Source: an uncultured Phycisphaerales bacterium (GTDB lineage Bacteria; Planctomycetota; Phycisphaerae; Sedimentisphaerales; Anaerobacaceae). Taken from it: a stretch of DNA of 64,000 bases. The DNA lies in assembly GCA_963718665.1 (NCBI GenBank), contig OY970359.1, positions 1,664,001 through 1,728,000 of the forward strand. The letters are read 5' to 3'. The position numbers and the translations under genes are program-made. The notes below the pieces were generated by a model, which saw only the letters and a list, made by a program, of their open reading frames with translations, had not been told where the DNA came from and ran no database searches. Shown in pieces: positions 20,123-29,353 of this stretch (its first letter is position 1; the number at the start of each line of letters is the position of its first letter).

Positions 20123-23100
20123 TTATTGGGAGCCAGTCTTTTTATAGAAATTGGCCTCGTGTTCCGACAGTTTGTTTTCACGAATCAGGTTTTTGATTTT
20201 CTGTGTATCGACGTTTCTGGGTTGTCCTGCCGAAGGCGATGCTGCAATGGCGGTCGATGTGACCGGCAATTCCTTGATGAAACTTTCGACAGACACAGAA
20301 GCAATACCGATGGCAATAACAAGCACCGTCGGAAGAAAATAGCGAGAGACAAAACCAGCAACAGGTGATTCGGCGACAACGGATTTTTTCTCGTATCGGC
20401 ATTTGTCGCAATAGATACAATCGAGCTTATCATTGAAGCTCAACCCGTATTCGCAGTTGGCATATTGCTTCGCAGGCAAATATCGGCTGAATATCGCGAT
20501 TTTATTAAATAGCGACAAAAACGCCCCGGCAGGACACAGATACCGGCACCAGAAACGCGAATAGAAAAAAGAGCCGATAAGTGCCACGGCTACGATGAGC
20601 AGCAGGAACTCGTTAAAATGCCTGAAACTGAAGACTCTAATCAACGGGTCGATGGCGAGAGTATTATGATTTCGAGACAGGAAAAACGCAGCTATGAGAA
20701 CAAAAAGAATGACGAATTTGACGAATCTTCCTTCTTGTATCTGCTCCCTTGACAGAATCGGTCTGAATCGGGCCGGCAGAACATAACCGATAAATTCCTG
20801 CAAGGCGCCGAAAGGGCACAGATACCCGCAATAGATGTTGCCAAAAACAATAGCCAGCAACGGCGCTCCGATTGTAAGAATAAATACTCCCGTCGATACT
20901 AAAAGAGGGATAGCCAATGACAATAACGAGGCAATCTGTTCGGTAGAAAATTGTGCATTGAGAATAATACCGCCGAGCAAAACGTTAAAACCGAGGACAA
21001 ACAATCGTGTCCGGAAGCTGCCTCGATATATAATGATTAGAGTAAGTACTAAGGCAACAATAAGATATGCACCTTGTGAATCGGGCAGCCAACGGGCAAC
21101 AACGGCTGTCCTTTGCTGAGCGGTTTGACCGAGGATTTGAGTTGCGAAGGTGCTGCCTGATTGAGCGAGAGATTCAAGAACTGCTTTTGAACTGACGGTC
21201 GCGCCAGTGACGGCATCGACATTTGCGAATGGCTGAGGACTGAAAAGGGCGTGGTCTTTTAGTGAAGGCAACCAGTTAGTAAGCATATCGAGATAAGAGG
21301 GAGTTTCATTCGAACTAATTATGTGAAAATCGAGGAGATTACCTGCGGCATCGATGTGAATGGCGATATTTATTTTACCGCCGAAGCCTTGAACATTTGG
21401 GGCAAGCTCAGCGGAACTAAAAATGAAACCCGCGAGTTTGTCGTTGGCATCGTAGGTTTTAAAATAGGTCGCTGTCCTGCCGGTATTGGGTAGAGCAATG
21501 GTTGCGGCCTCAAGTCGGAGCGAGCCGACCAGGGCCTGAGCTTCGCGTAGCGGAAGTGCAGGAGCAAATCTGGCGCCTACGGTAACGAGCAGGTTTGAGC
21601 AAAGGATTAACGATACAGCAATGCCAAACAGTGCATAACCTGCTGAACGAAAAATTGGTGATACGAAAACTTTTTCTGGATGGCCTATTCTTAACAAAGT
21701 TGCGGGCAGGTTGGCAAGGGTGAGTAATATGAACATCAGTATTGTAATCTTTGCGCCAAGTATGGGGATAAGAACGAGGGCGGCGAACAGCCCACCTGCC
21801 GCTGCACCGATATGGTCGGCGTATTCGAGTCGTGCCGATGCCTGTGTAGTATTTAAACCGCTCACGGCCAAAAGATTGCCGGTTATCGGGAAGTAAGAAC
21901 CGGCGCACAAGCCGCAGACAATAAATGTAACTGCGAAACTTATATGAGACCAGCCCGGAGCGGGCCAAAAGGCAACGGCTGCCAGAACAGCACAATGGAT
22001 TAACAGAACAGCCATAAGAAGCACCTCAGAATTCCGCACATATTTCCTTTGCAGGAGGCGATTGGTAATTGTTGCGCCTGCGGCGAGGCCGGCCATATAC
22101 ATCGAAGAAATGGCACCGATATGCAAATAGATGGAGCCGAAACGGGTCTGGTAGAGATACATCAGAACGATTACGACACCGATACCGACAGCGCCCGTAG
22201 AAAAAAGCAGAAACGTGAAGTCAAAGGTTGACGCCTTAGAGGCAACTAGAGAAGTCAGAATAAATATCAATCGCAGAATCACATAAATGATAACAGGAAC
22301 TAAAAACACCGGAAGGCCGGCAAGCAAAAGATGTTTGAAAAATAAAGTTACAGGTGCATCAGATTGTTTTGCCGCGAGCAATAGAGCATATAGATTAGCC
22401 AGCGGCCTCGAATCACGATTGAGAAGATGCTCGGTGGGCAGGTCAACGGCATTATATGCGTCGAATGCCTTGGCGGCGCGGTCGGGCAGGTAGATACTCA
22501 AAAGACCATTGGGCGGATAGGAATTGGCGGCGTTTGGGATTAAGGCGAAACGTTCCCGCAGTATGCCGGGGTCACCTGTAAGGTTGTTAGAGTCGGAGAC
22601 GATAAACCAGGAGTTGTCGCCGGGCACAAGGGCAATATGAGAGAAAACCTGTTCGAGCGTGAGCTTTGTGGAGGCACCGATAGTGGCAAGCTCAGTACCC
22701 ATAATGTTCTCGCCAGCTGGAATACGAACAGCCAGAACGCCTGAAGAGCCAAGAGCAGTTTTCAACTGCTCATAAAACTCGATTGTAAAGTAACGATTAA
22801 GGATTGAACTTGTTGCGTCGGGAAGATTGACGATTACGAGGTCGAATCGTTCTTTTTGCCGGCTCAGCAAAGCACGCGGGTCATCTGTAAAACTCTCAAA
22901 TCGCTTATCAGAGATACTCATTTGTCGCGGCACAGATTCCAGGACGCAACGGATATACTCGCTGTCAGGATTGGCCCAAACGAGCCGGGCAATTTGCGGA
23001 AGCTGGAGAAACTCGCGACAAAGGCCAAGTCCCGAACCGACGATGAGAACGCGAGAGGCCTTAGGATTCTGCGATAGGGTAAGAGCGACAATTCTTCCGG

Positions 23101-23989
23101 CGGAAGTTGGGTCGGGTACGGCCTCGACAACACTGCCCTCACGGACGGCGACCCACTGGTTCTGGTAGAGGCCATAGAGGTATTCGGCCTGTGCGGTCTG
23201 AAAGGAGCCGGTAAGGGAATCCGCCGGGAGAAGGCGGGACCACTTGACGGTGCGCAAATAATTGGCAAGTGGTTTATCAGCGCCGAACGCCGCTGCAAAA
23301 CCAAGAAGAAGAACCAGCAGAAAAACCGGTGGTACAGTTATTTTGCGCGAATGATGCAACACTACAAACAAAGATGGCAGGATAGCAAATGAGAGAATAA
23401 AGGCGAGAAGAAGAAAAATTTTAACGGAACTTATACCAAAGGTCAGCAGCACCGTTGTGCCGAGACCGCCGATGAAGCTGCCAAGCGATTCGAGCAGGTA
23501 AACCCGCGAGACAGCAGGCGTGGTTTCGAGGGCGACCCAGCGACAGGTTAGAGGGAAAAGTAGGCCGGTGATGAAGCTGACGGGGGCATTAACCAATGCG
23601 CTTAAAAGCAAGGCGGCAGGGATGGGCAAAAGCGTATAAGGGGCAATGCCTGCAATTTGACGAATATGAATAATTAACAGCACCTGAAGAACAAAGGCAG
23701 GAAGATAACTCAGGTAGAGCATCTCAATATTTGCAAGCAGGAAGTCGGTGATACGTTTGCTTCTGTTGACCAACATTGCGCCGATGGCAATCCAGAGAAA
23801 CCAGCAGGCAAAAAATATACCGATAGTGATATCGTTGCTTTCGAAAGAGGTAATGAACTCCCTGAAGATAAGTGTTTGAGCGGAGATTGAGAACAGGCCA
23901 TAGGCAAATATCACGAAGCCACGGGTCACGCTGGCTGAAAACGCGGAATTACGAGGGGTACCGAGTTCGGCGTGGTCGGGTGACTTCAT
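20123..23989 (-). CDS. Large membrane fusion: spermidine-synthase-like (TM-flanked) + FMN-binding + NosR-type 4Fe-4S domain
   Basis: VYLLESLGSFIGG TM motif; Rossmann VLIVGSGLG..FDLVIVNLPD..YFTIEFY; ETPSY and DAVTGATVSS; YCGYLCPFG, WCRYLCPAG, CIYCDKC. Confidence 0.85.
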   Translation of the reverse strand: MKSPDHAELGTPRNSAFSASVTRGFVIFAYGLFSISAQTLIFREFITSFESNDITIGIFFACWFLWIAIGAMLVNRSKRITDFLLANIEMLYLSYLPAFVLQVLLIIHIRQIAGIAPYTLLPIPAALLLSALVNAPVSFITGLLFPLTCRWVALETTPAVSRVYLLESLGSFIGGLGTTVLLTFGISSVKIFLLLAFILSFAILPSLFVVLHHSRKITVPPVFLLVLLLGFAAAFGADKPLANYLRTVKWSRLLPADSLTGSFQTAQAEYLYGLYQNQWVAVREGSVVEAVPDPTSAGRIVALTLSQNPKASRVLIVGSGLGLCREFLQLPQIARLVWANPDSEYIRCVLESVPRQMSISDKRFESFTDDPRALLSRQKERFDLVIVNLPDATSSILNRYFTIEFYEQLKTALGSSGVLAVRIPAGENIMGTELATIGASTKLTLEQVFSHIALVPGDNSWFIVSDSNNLTGDPGILRERFALIPNAANSYPPNGLLSIYLPDRAAKAFDAYNAVDLPTEHLLNRDSRPLANLYALLLAAKQSDAPVTLFFKHLLLAGLPVFLVPVIIYVILRLIFILTSLVASKASTFDFTFLLFSTGAVGIGVVIVLMYLYQTRFGSIYLHIGAISSMYMAGLAAGATITNRLLQRKYVRNSEVLLMAVLLIHCAVLAAVAFWPAPGWSHISFAVTFIVCGLCAGSYFPITGNLLAVSGLNTTQASARLEYADHIGAAAGGLFAALVLIPILGAKITILMFILLTLANLPATLLRIGHPEKVFVSPIFRSAGYALFGIAVSLILCSNLLVTVGARFAPALPLREAQALVGSLRLEAATIALPNTGRTATYFKTYDANDKLAGFIFSSAELAPNVQGFGGKINIAIHIDAAGNLLDFHIISSNETPSYLDMLTNWLPSLKDHALFSPQPFANVDAVTGATVSSKAVLESLAQSGSTFATQILGQTAQQRTAVVARWLPDSQGAYLIVALVLTLIIIYRGSFRTRLFVLGFNVLLGGIILNAQFSTEQIASLLSLAIPLLVSTGVFILTIGAPLLAIVFGNIYCGYLCPFGALQEFIGYVLPARFRPILSREQIQEGRFVKFVILFVLIAAFFLSRNHNTLAIDPLIRVFSFRHFNEFLLLIVAVALIGSFFYSRFWCRYLCPAGAFLSLFNKIAIFSRYLPAKQYANCEYGLSFNDKLDCIYCDKCRYEKKSVVAESPVAGFVSRYFLPTVLVIAIGIASVSVESFIKELPVTSTAIAASPSAGQPRNVDTQKIKNLIRENKLSEHEANFYKKTGSQ

Positions 23990-25629
23990 TATTCTTCACC
24001 AAACACTTCGGCCTGGAAGACCTCAAAGGTTGCGCCTTTTTTCCAGCTGTCTGAAGATAATCCTGCCTTGAGGGATAAGTGCGTCAGTGTTTCTTCTAGA
24101 GTCCACTTCTGTTCCGGAGCAACCTGAGGCAAAAATAAGGCCGAGTAACCGTCTTTTTTCAGGATGACGCCATCCGTGCCCAATCGAATAAGATTATACG
24201 AGATGATGGGTTGCGGCACCGTAAGAGCAGATATTTCGATTTTAATACTGCTGAGTTCATCTTTCGTAACAGGTGTAAATCTCCAATCATTGACCGCCGC
24301 GTTAATCGCATTTGCGATGACCGACTTGTAAAGCGCCTGCCTCGGCATAACATCACCGATACATCCCCTTAAGTTCTTGTTTATTGTCAACGTCACAAAC
24401 GCAGCTCTGGAAATTTTCATCGCTTCGCTTATCGGAACATCCAATTCTTCAGGGGTAGGGACATTTCCATTTCGCAGATAAAACTCGATTGTTCTGCGAG
24501 CGAGCAGTAAAAGGTTGTTATGGTCTTCCTGCGTCAGTGCAGTATCTGTTTTTGCCGGCTCGACCTTAGCTTGTTTTTGCCAGTCGCCGTGAAAGGCGAC
24601 AGAGAGATAACTGACGGAATTGGTGAAATCGCCTGTTAGCTTGCCTGACGTGGTGTACTTGAGCAATTCCGGCCTGGTTCCGGACGGAAGCATCGAAAGA
24701 AGTATCGCAATCGGCACCCGGCCACAAATAGTCGCGCCTGTTTTATCGCAATATTGGCTAAAGCCGGTGCTATCCAGTTTTGAGATGTAATCATAAGCGC
24801 CCATATCGAGCTTTTTAAGCCCATCGGGGATATTCTGGTCAAATGGTACGTAGTTATAATTAGGGCCATAGTGAACAAAGTCAGAGCTTGCCACAACGAG
24901 GGTATTGCTATCGACTAACGATTTCAGGATTGAGGCCACTTTCTGCACCGTTTGCGGAGAACACTGGCCTGCGACAATTGGGACAAGTTTGAAATCTCCA
25001 AGGCGGTGTTGCAGCAGAGGCAGTTGCATAAAGACGCTGTGCTCGGTCTTGTATGCCTGTGGGATGTCCTTAAATAGTGGGGACTGTAAGAGTTTATTTA
25101 TAAACTCAGTATCAAGCGGTATTTCACCCAGCGGTGTCTGATAATGAGTTACGACTCCCGGAACGCTGAGAACATCCAGCATAGGAACCTGATGCGATGG
25201 CCCAATGACAATGACTCGCTTGTATTTTGCTTTCGCGGCTTTAACTCCAAAAGCGGCTGTTTGGCCCGAGTATGCGTAGCCGGCGTGAGGACTTATAATG
25301 GCAACGACATCGTCCGCAGATTGCACCTGGGCTTTTTGAAAGAAACCCTCGACTTGTTTTGCCAGCGCATTGGGGTCGTTTTCATGCCAGCCCATCTGCC
25401 CCATCGGCGAAGTCAGAACGGACCTGACAATCTGCGGTTGTTTTTGGGCTTCACTTTCGGCGGCTTTGGTTGATTGCGGGATTTCCAGAACATAAGGTAT
25501 TGTTTGCGGATTTTGGTGCAGATCCAGTTTAAGCAGATAAGCAGCGCCGAGAACAAAAAGAGAGACAACAACACCCCATATTAATTGACGAATTTGAATT
25601 TTATCGGGACTTTCAGACATATTATCCAC
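23989..25629 (-). CDS. AmmeMemoRadiSam proteins B+A fusion (Memo + AMMECR1) with N-terminal TM anchor
   Basis: PHAGYAYSG, GPSH, EHS, ASSDFVHYG, TICG (Memo); AFVTL, LRGCIG, FLPQVA, KAG (AMMECR1). Confidence 0.92.
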   Translation of the reverse strand: MDNMSESPDKIQIRQLIWGVVVSLFVLGAAYLLKLDLHQNPQTIPYVLEIPQSTKAAESEAQKQPQIVRSVLTSPMGQMGWHENDPNALAKQVEGFFQKAQVQSADDVVAIISPHAGYAYSGQTAAFGVKAAKAKYKRVIVIGPSHQVPMLDVLSVPGVVTHYQTPLGEIPLDTEFINKLLQSPLFKDIPQAYKTEHSVFMQLPLLQHRLGDFKLVPIVAGQCSPQTVQKVASILKSLVDSNTLVVASSDFVHYGPNYNYVPFDQNIPDGLKKLDMGAYDYISKLDSTGFSQYCDKTGATICGRVPIAILLSMLPSGTRPELLKYTTSGKLTGDFTNSVSYLSVAFHGDWQKQAKVEPAKTDTALTQEDHNNLLLLARRTIEFYLRNGNVPTPEELDVPISEAMKISRAAFVTLTINKNLRGCIGDVMPRQALYKSVIANAINAAVNDWRFTPVTKDELSSIKIEISALTVPQPIISYNLIRLGTDGVILKKDGYSALFLPQVAPEQKWTLEETLTHLSLKAGLSSDSWKKGATFEVFQAEVFGEE

Positions 25630-25804
25630 TCCATTTGGATTGTGAATTAATGTTGGCGATGGGTTTTAATCGACCTGGGTATTTTGACAACGGCTTTGCC
25701 CACAGGAATCTACGAGGTACAACGGTTTTAGCCAACACCCAGCCGGCAACTAAGATAGTTGAGCCGGCAACCAATATTTTTTGCAGGAAACTGCGCCTTG
25801 TCAT
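25622..25804 (-). CDS. Small protein with twin-arginine-like N-terminus
   Basis: MTRRSFLQK + hydrophobic stretch; ATGA overlap with upstream gene and overlap with downstream gene. Confidence 0.65.
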   Translation of the reverse strand: MTRRSFLQKILVAGSTILVAGWVLAKTVVPRRFLWAKPLSKYPGRLKPIANINSQSKWSG

Positions 25805-26793
25805 TTCCACACCCCGTATATTTTTTTGCCGCAATATGGGCAGCAGCCATCTTTCAGATTGTTCGCCACGACAACGTATTCCTGCCGTTCGATTAACATT
25901 TTATGGCAGCCGGGGCAATATGTATTCTCGCCCTGGCGGCTGCGAATATTGCCTATGTAAACATAATATAATCCCTCTTCCATAGCAATCTGTCTCGCCA
26001 AATCGAGCGTTTCCAGCGGTGTCGGCGGCAGATGCTGCATCTTATACTGCGGGAAAAAACGCGAGAAATGCAAAGGTATATCGCTGCCGAGATTTGTCCT
26101 GACCCACCGAGCCAGGCGTCTAATATCATCTGGCTTATCATTGAGCGTCGGTATAATCAGATTTATCACCTCAACGTGCACACCCATAGCAACAGCATCT
26201 ATAAGGCATTGCTGTACCGGCCCAACGGTACCCGAACAAAACTTTCGGTAAAAATCATCACTCATACCTTTAAGGTCAACACGGGCAGCGTCGGTAACTT
26301 CGAGCAGGCGCTTCCATGGTTTGGGATTACAATAAGCGGCCGTAACCAGCACATTACGCACACCGGCCTGTTTGGCAAGCCGGGAGGTATCATAAGCATA
26401 TTCGTAGTAAGCAATCGGGTCGGTATATGTATATGCGATTGATGGAGATTTATATTGCCGGGCATATGCGACGAGCTGTTCGGGCGAGACGAGAGAAGCG
26501 GTCGATTCTTCAGGATTGGCCTGCGAGATTTCCCAGTTTTGGCAGTTTAAGCAATGCAGATTGCAGCCAATCGTTGCAAGCGAAAGAATTGGCGTGCCGG
26601 GTAAAAAATGAAACAACGGCTTTTTCTCAACCGGGTCTATGTTAATGGAACACGGATAACCATAGACAACTGTGCGCAGGACGCCGTCTATATTGATTCT
26701 GACCCGGCAGTCGCCGCTCTGGCCGGGTGCAATGATACACTCCCTCGGACACAACTCGCACTGGACCTTTTGATTCATAAAACGCCTTCCCAA
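25801..26793 (-). CDS. amrS: AmmeMemoRadiSam radical SAM enzyme (start uncertain)
   Basis: CELCPREC, DPVEKKPLFHF, GCNLHCLNCQNWEIS, PLHFSRFFP, YVYIGN, CPGC/CPYC. Confidence 0.92.
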   Translation of the reverse strand: MGRRFMNQKVQCELCPRECIIAPGQSGDCRVRINIDGVLRTVVYGYPCSINIDPVEKKPLFHFLPGTPILSLATIGCNLHCLNCQNWEISQANPEESTASLVSPEQLVAYARQYKSPSIAYTYTDPIAYYEYAYDTSRLAKQAGVRNVLVTAAYCNPKPWKRLLEVTDAARVDLKGMSDDFYRKFCSGTVGPVQQCLIDAVAMGVHVEVINLIIPTLNDKPDDIRRLARWVRTNLGSDIPLHFSRFFPQYKMQHLPPTPLETLDLARQIAMEEGLYYVYIGNIRSRQGENTYCPGCHKMLIERQEYVVVANNLKDGCCPYCGKKIYGVWK

Positions 26794-26897
26794 ATACTAC
26801 GCACTAATTATAACAAAGTTGGGCAGGAGATTGGAGGATTTTAGATACTGGATACTTGAAGCACAATGCCAAGGCGTAAGGGTGTGTAGTGCTCCCC

Positions 26898-27086
26898 GTA
26901 CTATAAAAAAACTCATCCGATGCTAAGTTTTGAGGACACCTGACCTTACAAGCAGCTTATTTCGCTGAAATTGGTAGCATTCCCTTTGGTTCTGCGATAT
27001 GATTCCTATGTCGGGAGCGCCTTAGCGGGCTTTTGAAGTCATACAGGAGAGAGGCTTGATGGGTGGTATGAATATTTTTACAGTAC
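26898..27086. repeat. ~185-bp inverted-repeat-ended element, copy R3
   Basis: GTACTATAAAAAAACTCAT ... ATGAATATTTTTACAGTAC. Confidence 0.9.
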
Positions 27087-27162
27087 GCCACCTGACAGAT
27101 TGTCCCGCCGCAAAAATCGTAAATTTGAGATTGCAAAAGGGAGAAGCTTGATTAAATGGGTT

Positions 27163-27603
27163 TTACCCTTTAACGCCCGCCGAATCTTTAGCGAACTGCC
27201 GCGGCATTTTTGCCTTAAAATAGTCCCTGTATTTCATATCACATTTGAGGATGTGGAGCATCAGCCATATTTTAAGGAATTCCACAATCTCACTGAAGAC
27301 CATTGATTGATTATCCAGGGCGTTTATGGATAGTTCGGCCGTTGTCTCGATGAAGTAGGCGTGCTGCTCTTTGTGTGATTCAAGCTCTGGATAGCCGTAT
27401 TCCTGCATAAGTTCTTCTTCATCTGCAAAATGCTCTTTCGCGTAGTTAAGCATTTCCGTCAACGCATGTGAGACCAGCTTTAAATCTGGGGATGCAGCGG
27501 TCCGTTCGATGAGTTTATTGACAAGTTCAAACAGGTGCTGGTGTTGACGGTCGACTTTCTCAACGCCCAAGCTGTATTCATCTTTCCAGTAGAACTTTTC
27601 CAT
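27163..27603 (-). CDS. Bacteriohemerythrin
   Basis: WKDEYSLGV, DRQH, EHFADEE, HKEQH, WLMLHILKCD iron-ligand pattern. Confidence 0.92.
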   Translation of the reverse strand: MEKFYWKDEYSLGVEKVDRQHQHLFELVNKLIERTAASPDLKLVSHALTEMLNYAKEHFADEEELMQEYGYPELESHKEQHAYFIETTAELSINALDNQSMVFSEIVEFLKIWLMLHILKCDMKYRDYFKAKMPRQFAKDSAGVKG

Positions 27604-27786
27604 TTTAATCTCCCTCGTTCAGGCTGTGTCTATAGGCCTCGCTCTTTGGTATATCCGGAACACCTGCTGTATCTGTTTTATCGGCGTTCCAAGCCGCTGG
27701 AGTTACTATTTTTTGATGCTTTTCGGAGCGCAGCGAAGACCCCGGAATGTCATTATCCGGGGTCCGGTCCTCACCCTTGCCTCCCC

Positions 27787-27893
27787 GTACTATAAAAAAT
27801 TCGTCCGATGCTAAGTATTTGGGAAAGCTAATCTTATAATCGGCTTACTTTGTTGAAATTGGTCGATTTTCATTCGGTTCTGCGCCATAATTC
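27787..27893. repeat. Partial (left ~105 bp) copy R4 of the element
   Basis: GTACTATAAAAAATTCGTCCGATGCTAAGTATTTGGGAAAGC near-identical to R1; similarity stops after cataattc. Confidence 0.85.
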
Positions 27894-27994
27894 TCCCCAG
27901 CGCTCTCTGTAACGTAATCTTCTGATACGGCTTAAGCCGCCGCGCACCATTTCTCCCGGAAGGCATTTTTCATGTGAAGCGGCCACGAACGCGC

Positions 27995-28070
27995 CCCGCT
28001 AGTGGATTACAGAGATAACTTCCTATCAAGCAGGGAGTTCTCTCTTTTTCTTTGCTCCCCAATTACCCGC
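27995..28070 (+). terminator. Terminator-containing repeat, copy 2
   Basis: ccccgctagtgg + agagataacttcct..gggagttctctct + T tract. Confidence 0.7.
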
Positions 28071-28717
28071 TATGAACCTAAGTTTTGTGGTGATTGTTTT
28101 GGGCTTTAGGGGTAAAATCTGGTATGCTCTACCATAGAGTCGGCTGTTAATAAACGGAGCTTTATTTGAGGGTGCTGGGCCGGCTTTTGGGTGTGGGGTC
28201 GGTCCCGGCGCCTTCTTTTATTGGCATATCAATCATTCCCAACAGTGGTATTTTCATGAGCGGTGTTTTCTAATCGACTCTGTGAATCTTCCTTAATGCA
28301 TCTACAAAATCAGAATGCTTGCTTTTAATATTCAATGGGCTCCTTTCCGGGCTATTCCGGCCCGCTATCATGGAGCCAAAAGCGTCAATTTTTTAGAATA
28401 TCCTCCTTAAACCCTTACCTCTCTACTATGCACTGTCCCACTTTCTGCTGACGGCGAACGGAGTATGCTAATAAAGATTTTCTTTTGTTGTGCCTTGGAA
28501 AGTCTCTTTCTCTCCAAGGGCGTTCTTATATTTGTTTGCAGAAAGTTCCATTTAGCGTCACCTACGGCAACATCATATAATTGCTCTTCCTTTTGAAGTA
28601 AGCCATACAGTGCAAAAACCCCAGAATTTTTTGCCTGAGACCTCCAGAGGTTGATGAATTACACGGAAAATGCCGATATATATTGCGTTCAGTTGACATA
28701 TATGATAAGATGACGCA

Positions 28718-29353
28718 ATGAAATGGGCAGACCTATTATCGATGGTAGGCGATGAACCGGTTTTCCGCACTGGCTTTTTAGCGCCACGGAAGGAAACCCT
28801 GGCGGAGGTGCGTATGCAATTAAGCCGCTGGGTTAAAACCGGCAGGTTAATCAAGCTTAAAAAGGGATTATATACCTTGGCTCAGCCGTACAGGAAAGTA
28901 ACGCCTCACCCTTTTCTCATCGCAAACACGATGAAGAAAGCTTCTTACGTTAGTATGCAGTCCGCGTTGGGACACTACGGGATGATTCCTGAGTATGTTC
29001 CTGCCATTACCAGTATCACAACGCAAAGGCCTGAACAGATAGAAACGCCCTTAGGCCACTTCGCATTTCGACATATCAAGAAAAACTGGTTTCATGGTTA
29101 TAGACAAATTGACCTCGGTTCAGGTCAACGGGTATTTATCGCCACTCCCGAAAAGGCTCTGCTGGATCTGGTCTATTTGACATCGCATGCCGATAACTAT
29201 GACTTTTTGAGCGAACTTAGACTCCAAAATTTGGAACAGCTGAACATTGATGTGGTTCGGGAATTAGCAGATAAAAGCAAAAGTATGAAGCTACGTCGAA
29301 CTGCCAAGCTTATTGCAAAACTATCTAAGCAGGAAACAGGGAAAGAACTATGA
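28718..29353 (+). CDS. Type IV TA antitoxin AbiEi-like
   Basis: wHTH LIKLKKGLY, SYVSMQSAL, IATPEKALLD. Confidence 0.88.
   Translation: MKWADLLSMVGDEPVFRTGFLAPRKETLAEVRMQLSRWVKTGRLIKLKKGLYTLAQPYRKVTPHPFLIANTMKKASYVSMQSALGHYGMIPEYVPAITSITTQRPEQIETPLGHFAFRHIKKNWFHGYRQIDLGSGQRVFIATPEKALLDLVYLTSHADNYDFLSELRLQNLEQLNIDVVRELADKSKSMKLRRTAKLIAKLSKQETGKEL

Noticed and set aside
18341..27893. Repeats as a CRISPR array or integron attC sites
   Set aside because: Units are ~185 bp with irregular spacing up to kilobases, no cas genes, no RYYYAAC/GTTRRRY cores
28130..28225. Possible small RNA ending in a GC-rich hairpin
   Set aside because: Single copy, hairpin only, no family match; insufficient support
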